From an uncultured Candidatus Saccharibacteria bacterium (GTDB taxonomy: Bacteria; Patescibacteriota; JAUYIX01): a stretch of DNA of 42,340 bases. Where the stretch lies: NCBI GenBank assembly GCA_964435075.1, contig CAYSXT010000002.1, positions 1 to 42,340 of the forward strand. Direction: 5' to 3'. Both the position numbers and the translations under genes were made by a program. The notes under the pieces were generated by a model. It searched no databases, had not been told where the DNA came from, and worked only from the letters and a program-made list of their open reading frames with translations. This document shows positions 37,919 to 42,340 of this stretch, piece by piece (positions within the stretch are counted from its first letter, which is position 1; the number at the start of each line of letters is the position of its first letter).

Positions 37919-39858
37919 AAGTAATACCCGGCTCTTATCTTCCTATCGGCGGCGCACAACATTACACATACGAACTGACTAAGCAGGCCTCCACTGGCAC
38001 TGTAGTTAATGTTAACTTGGCCGGGCGAAAAATTAGAGGTGTAGTAATTTCTGAAACACCAAAACAAAAAAAGGCTACAACTCCAAAATTTAAAATTAAA
38101 AAGGCGGAGCCAGTCCCCTACTCTCTACCTGCAAGGCAGTTACAGTTAGCCTGGGACATTGCAAAAAATTATCGAGCAAGCTTAAGCTCTGTCGTAAAAA
38201 TGATGCTTCCTCCTGCCGGCCCTTTGGATAAAATTGAAACCCATTTTGAGTCGTCACAAAAGCTTGAAAAGCCAGAATTAAACGACGCTCAAGAGGATGT
38301 ATACCTAAATATAAAGAAAAAGTATGGCCAGACCAGTAGTTTTTTACTTTTTGGTGTGACGGGCTCTGGCAAGACTGAGGTTTACCTAAGAGCTGCCTAT
38401 GACCTTTTAAAAAAGAAACAACAAGTATTAATGCTTGTTCCTGAAATTGCGATGACCCCTCATCTGGCCGATCGACTGAAGAAATTTTTTGGTTCCCATG
38501 TGATTATCTGGCATAGCGCTTTGACTAATCTAGAAAAACGCAAAAACTGGGTACGCTTGGCTAAAGGACTCCCCTCCCTGGTAATCGGTCCGCGTTCTGC
38601 TCTTTTTTTACCCCTACCAAAATTGGCACTAATAGTTATCGATGAAGAGCACGATGCCTCTTACAAGCAGACCGAGCAAGAGCCAAGGTTTCACGCCCGA
38701 GCTGCTGCCAGCCTGTTGTCCCGACGGGTAAAATGTCCGCTGATCTTGGGCAGTGCCACGCCTAGTTCAGAAACATGGCATCAAGTACAACTTGGAAATA
38801 TAAAAAAACTTGTGCTGAACAAACGTTACGGCGATGCTTCTCTACCACAGGTAGAACTGATAGATACTCGCGGTGTACCCTCCAGCATCGCAATATCAGA
38901 TCCTGTACTAGAAAGCATCGAAAAAACTTTAAACAAAAATAAGCAAGTAATCGTCTTAATAAATCGCAGAGGTAGTGCTGCTGTAACCATCTGTCATGCC
39001 TGCGGTAATATCGAACGCTGCACCAAGTGTGAACGCCCGCTGATTCTGCATAAGTCTCCGCAAGAACATTTAGCTTGCCACTATTGCGATGTAAAAAAAT
39101 CAAAACCAACCAAGTGCTCAAAATGTAGTGCTGCAATATTTAATTATCTGGGCACGGGTACGCAAAGTCTGACAGCTCAACTTAAAACCCATTTTCCAGC
39201 AGCCAATGTCGAAAGACTTGACCGTGATATCGCTACTTCTAAACCAAAACTCAAGAGCTTAAATGAGGACTTACACTCCGGAAAAATTGATATTTTAGTG
39301 GGAACACAGTTAGTAGCCAAAGGATGGGACTTGGAGAGACTACATCTGGTAGTAGTTGTTGATGCTGACCATGGACTATTTATGCCCGACTTTAGAGCGC
39401 ATGAACGCACAGTCCAACTCCTTTGGCAGGTTGCAGGTCGAGCAGGCCGTAGAAAAGAAAAAGGGCAAGTTTTAATACAAACACTTAATCCTGACCACCC
39501 AGCGCTTAAGGCACTGATAAATGCTAATTATGAGCAGTTTATTATGTCCGAGCTTCAAGAAAGAAAGCATTATGGGTTTCCTCCTTATGGACGTCTCATA
39601 AAGCTTAGTTCCACAGCCGCCACTAGTGAGGCTAGACATAAATTAGATGGATCATTTATAGAAAGTTACGAAAAAGCTTTAACAAATAATCCTCTTTTAG
39701 AAAAAAACACGACCGTCTTTCCGTCATCAGAAAAAATTCTACCGCGCGGCAGAAAAACCCTGCAGAGACTAGTGGTTACTGATAATCCCCAAAATATTTT
39801 TAAGTTGGTTCCTTCTAAAACGATATTAGACGTAGATCCGGAAGATTTTTTGTTTTAA
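37906..39858 (+). CDS. priA: Primosomal protein N' (replication restart helicase PriA)
   Basis: It has the Walker A motif GVTGSGKTEVYL, the DEEHD box, and a Cys-rich zinc module CHACGNIERCTKCERPL...CHYCD...CSKCS. It starts at GTG and overlaps the upstream gene by 13 nt. Confidence 0.92.
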   Translation: MEKVEVIPGSYLPIGGAQHYTYELTKQASTGTVVNVNLAGRKIRGVVISETPKQKKATTPKFKIKKAEPVPYSLPARQLQLAWDIAKNYRASLSSVVKMMLPPAGPLDKIETHFESSQKLEKPELNDAQEDVYLNIKKKYGQTSSFLLFGVTGSGKTEVYLRAAYDLLKKKQQVLMLVPEIAMTPHLADRLKKFFGSHVIIWHSALTNLEKRKNWVRLAKGLPSLVIGPRSALFLPLPKLALIVIDEEHDASYKQTEQEPRFHARAAASLLSRRVKCPLILGSATPSSETWHQVQLGNIKKLVLNKRYGDASLPQVELIDTRGVPSSIAISDPVLESIEKTLNKNKQVIVLINRRGSAAVTICHACGNIERCTKCERPLILHKSPQEHLACHYCDVKKSKPTKCSKCSAAIFNYLGTGTQSLTAQLKTHFPAANVERLDRDIATSKPKLKSLNEDLHSGKIDILVGTQLVAKGWDLERLHLVVVVDADHGLFMPDFRAHERTVQLLWQVAGRAGRRKEKGQVLIQTLNPDHPALKALINANYEQFIMSELQERKHYGFPPYGRLIKLSSTAATSEARHKLDGSFIESYEKALTNNPLLEKNTTVFPSSEKILPRGRKTLQRLVVTDNPQNIFKLVPSKTILDVDPEDFLF

Positions 39859-39865
39859 TTTCGAA

Positions 39866-39905
39866 TGGTATAATCATTGACAAACTAGGTATTTTATTGT
39901 AGTCT
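39866..39905 (+). promoter_or_regulatory. Candidate def-fmt promoter(s)
   Basis: One candidate is the extended -10 TGgTATAAT (39866-39874). The other is TTGACA-aactaggtattttattg(17)-TAGTCT (39877-39905). Confidence 0.45.
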
Positions 39906-39927
39906 TTTAGTTCAAAATTATTAAATC

Positions 39928-40410
39928 ATGCAGATATTACTTGGCGCGGACCCTCGCCTACGACAAAAAGCAATCGATGTTGAAAAAGCTGACATAACCG
40001 CACCGGCTATGCAGAGTTTTTTTGACGAGCTAGAAGAAACAATGGAAGTAGCCGACGGTTTAGGACTAGCTGCACCCCAGGTAAACGTGCCTAAGAAAAT
40101 TTTCGCGGTAAAGGTTCTCGGAAAAACGATGTGTCTGATTAATCCTGAGATTATTGATTATTCAAAAGAGCAAATTCTTGATGACGAGGGCTGCCTGTCT
40201 TTTCCTGGTATATTTGGCAAAGTTAATAGAAGTAAGCGCATTACCGTAAAAGCTTTGGACCGAGACGGTAAAGCAATACAATTGGAGCTAACAAACCTGG
40301 ATGCCAGAGTTGTTCAGCACGAGCACGATCATCTAATCGGCATATTGCTGCCAGACAGACTTAAAGAGACTGAAAAGAGTTCTCAATCCGCTTCCGCATT
40401 AAATAATTAG
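39928..40410 (+). CDS. def: Peptide deformylase
   Basis: It has the motifs GLAAPQV, EGCLSFPG and QHEHDHL. Confidence 0.95.
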   Translation: MQILLGADPRLRQKAIDVEKADITAPAMQSFFDELEETMEVADGLGLAAPQVNVPKKIFAVKVLGKTMCLINPEIIDYSKEQILDDEGCLSFPGIFGKVNRSKRITVKALDRDGKAIQLELTNLDARVVQHEHDHLIGILLPDRLKETEKSSQSASALNN

Positions 40411-40411
40411 T

Positions 40412-41401
40412 ATGAGCGAAGTAAACAAGGCTACCTCATACCCCATTGTCTTTTTTGGTACGCCAGATTTTTCAGTTCCATCCCTAAAAAAGTTAATTAC
40501 CAGTAATCTAAACGTGGTGGGTGTAGTCACTCAACCTCCTAAAAAAGTTGGTCGTCATGCGGAGTTAACTAAATCCCCCATCCAAGTATTGGCAGAAAAA
40601 AACAAGATTGAATTAAAGACACCAAATAGATTGAATGATGCAGATTTTATTTCTTGGTTAAAAAAGCTAAATCCTAAAGCAGCAGTTTTAGTCGCATACG
40701 GCAAGATCCTTCCTAAAGAGATATTAGATATACCCGAGATGGGTTTTATTAATGTTCATCCGTCGCTTTTACCACTTCATCGTGGGCCGGCCCCAATTGT
40801 AGATGCCCTCTTAAAGGGAGATGAAAAAACCGGTATCACTATTATGAAGCTAGACAATAAAATGGATCATGGTCCTATACTTAAACAAAAAATTGTAGAC
40901 ATAAATGAATCCGACACTACACCGCAATTGACGGAAAACCTTGCAAACCAGGGAGCAAACTTACTTCTTGAAGCATTGCCGCCCTACTTGGGAGGTAAAT
41001 TACAGCCGACTCCCCAAAAACATGAACAGGCTACTACACATCATTTACTCAAACGCACAGATGGAGAGATTGATTGGACTACAAAATCCATCGAAATATT
41101 AAGAAAGATTAGAGCATATGACCCTTGGCCTGGCACCTACTCTTATTTGAATAATAAGCGGATAAAAATTCTAGCAGCCACAGGGGTATTGCCTAAGCCA
41201 GAACTAGTTGCCTCAACTGATAATTTAGATCCGGGTGCTCTCGTTAAGCTAGAGGGTAATTTAATAGTAAAAACAGGCGATGGTTTTCTTAATCTAGAGA
41301 TGGTGCAATTAGAGGGTCATGCCAAACAAAGTGGGACAGAATTTATTAATGGACATCAGAGCCTCGAAGGCACAATATTAAGGGCGTGCAAAACGAAGTA
41401 A
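40412..41401 (+). CDS. fmt: Methionyl-tRNA formyltransferase
   Basis: It has IVFFGTPDFSVPSL and NVHPSLLPLHRGPAPI, and lies immediately downstream of def. Confidence 0.95.
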   Translation: MSEVNKATSYPIVFFGTPDFSVPSLKKLITSNLNVVGVVTQPPKKVGRHAELTKSPIQVLAEKNKIELKTPNRLNDADFISWLKKLNPKAAVLVAYGKILPKEILDIPEMGFINVHPSLLPLHRGPAPIVDALLKGDEKTGITIMKLDNKMDHGPILKQKIVDINESDTTPQLTENLANQGANLLLEALPPYLGGKLQPTPQKHEQATTHHLLKRTDGEIDWTTKSIEILRKIRAYDPWPGTYSYLNNKRIKILAATGVLPKPELVASTDNLDPGALVKLEGNLIVKTGDGFLNLEMVQLEGHAKQSGTEFINGHQSLEGTILRACKTK

Positions 41402-42261
41402 AAACTCCCGGGAATAGATTCAAATATATTGCTCTAATTATTCTGGTAATAATTGTGGGGGTAGTTTTATTCGGCCTTTTTACTGACAAAGATGTAGAAC
41501 CCGTCACCACAGACACGGCCTTGCCAACTATCTCTGTCGAAGAACTGGCCACCAACATAATAAATGGAGATTCCTTCCTTATATTTGACCTTAGGCCAAG
41601 AAGTGATTTTGTAGTAAGTCATATACCTGATTCAGTGTCACTCCCCTATTATGAGATCTCAATTAGAACAGAAAAATTAATACTTTTAAAAGATTTTAAG
41701 GTTGTTCTTGTCTGCGAAAGCGATGAATGTAAAGGACTAGACAATGCAACCAGAGACCTAGGCCTGCTAGGATACTCAGACTTACACGTTTTAGAGGGAG
41801 GATTTGCTGCTTACAAAGCAGCGGATTTGAGTTTAGAATCTGAGGCTCAGCTGGTACAAAGTGACCTTGTTGACCTTCTACATTCTATTGAGGTGCCCGA
41901 GGCCAGCGTGCAGGAACTACTAGCCGTAGCCGAGGCACAAGATACGCTTATCATCGACACCAGAACATCATATGAATTTGTGACTGGATTTATTCCTGGA
42001 GCCATTAATATTCCCCTTCATAGTTTTGCGGCAGCAATTGATGCAGGCCTCATCGACAAAACAAAAAATATTTATGTATATGATCGTGTTGGTAATCGCT
42101 CAGCTATAAGCGCACAAGCCTTACTGCAGTCCGATTTTGAAAATGTATTTAATGTCACTGGTGGAGTTGAGGCCTGGAAAGACGAAATTGGAGAGTTGAA
42201 CATCCCCAAGGGTGATGGATCAGACTTGCTGGAACTAATTCCCGTATTGCAGCCTGAATAA
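41386..42261 (+). CDS. Membrane-anchored tandem rhodanese-domain protein
   Basis: It has an N-terminal TM helix (YIALIILVIIVGVVLFGLF). The domain 1 loop is VLVCESDECKG. The domain 2 loop is YVYDRVGNRSA, with Asp at the usual catalytic Cys position. It starts at GTG and overlaps fmt by 16 nt. Confidence 0.75.
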   Translation: MQNEVKTPGNRFKYIALIILVIIVGVVLFGLFTDKDVEPVTTDTALPTISVEELATNIINGDSFLIFDLRPRSDFVVSHIPDSVSLPYYEISIRTEKLILLKDFKVVLVCESDECKGLDNATRDLGLLGYSDLHVLEGGFAAYKAADLSLESEAQLVQSDLVDLLHSIEVPEASVQELLAVAEAQDTLIIDTRTSYEFVTGFIPGAINIPLHSFAAAIDAGLIDKTKNIYVYDRVGNRSAISAQALLQSDFENVFNVTGGVEAWKDEIGELNIPKGDGSDLLELIPVLQPE

Positions 42262-42287
42262 AAGCTATATTTTTTTACCTCATAATC

Positions 42288-42316
42288 TTGACAAGTTGTC
42301 TAATACTTGTTACAAT
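42288..42316 (+). promoter_or_regulatory. Strong promoter-like element for a gene beyond the window end
   Basis: TTGACA-agttgtctaatacttgt(17)-TACAAT. The palindrome GACAAGTTGTC overlaps the -35. Confidence 0.45.
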
Positions 42317-42340
42317 AGGCTGTTCGAATCAATTAACACT

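Noticed and set aside
41340-41461. While hand-translating, an apparent +1/-1 offset at two line boundaries (about 41341 and 41461) seemed to frameshift the fmt 3' end and the rhodanese 5' end
   Set aside because: The supplied ORF track gives uninterrupted fmt and rhodanese ORFs with family-consistent sequence. The two offsets cancel and fall exactly at line breaks, so I attribute them to my reading of homopolymer runs rather than to biology. ORF-track coordinates are used.

Overview
The window is gene-dense and uses the standard genetic code: TGA serves as a stop in ATGA stop/start overlaps and no ORF needs recoding. I found no rRNA, tRNA, CRISPR array, transposase or phage genes by eye. The compactness and gene content suggest a small-genome Patescibacteria/CPR-type (Saccharibacteria-like) or related monoderm bacterium; this is inference only.

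Gene order:
- 1-8245: a 5'-truncated NAD-dependent epimerase, then a cell-surface block. The block holds a giant amidase plus Ig-like repeats plus SpoIID fusion protein (minus strand), a subtilase with three CWB2 repeats, and a CWB2-only protein.
- 8360-20450: a translationally coupled Wzx/Wzy-type glycan operon of six glycosyltransferases, a flippase and an O-antigen-ligase/polymerase-like protein. It is followed by a DUF4012-like protein and an S41 C-terminal processing protease.
- 20489-29522: rplI, then on the minus strand rpmA preceded by a 430-aa SAM-methyltransferase-like gene, a small membrane protein, and a complete F1Fo ATP synthase operon (atpBEFHAGDC).
- 29634-32541: a PrsW-like protease, a short GlpA-like flavoprotein and a sulfotransferase-like protein.
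- 32547-37062 (minus strand): a Xer-type tyrosine recombinase, a Nudix hydrolase, a coiled-coil M23 peptidase and gltX.
- 37112-42261: a LigB-like protein, priA, def, fmt and a tandem rhodanese protein.

Most notable observations:
1. CWB2-anchored proteins lie next to a polymer-synthesis operon, which may be an S-layer-like protein plus anchoring-polymer system.
2. One polypeptide fuses an amidase with SpoIID.
3. A 28-bp dif-like site (11-6-11 architecture) lies 8 nt upstream of the Xer gene.
4. A near-consensus promoter with an embedded perfect 12-bp palindrome abuts the M23 peptidase start codon, implying a leaderless mRNA.

Motif coordinates were read by eye and anchored to the ORF track, so they may be off by 1 nt.
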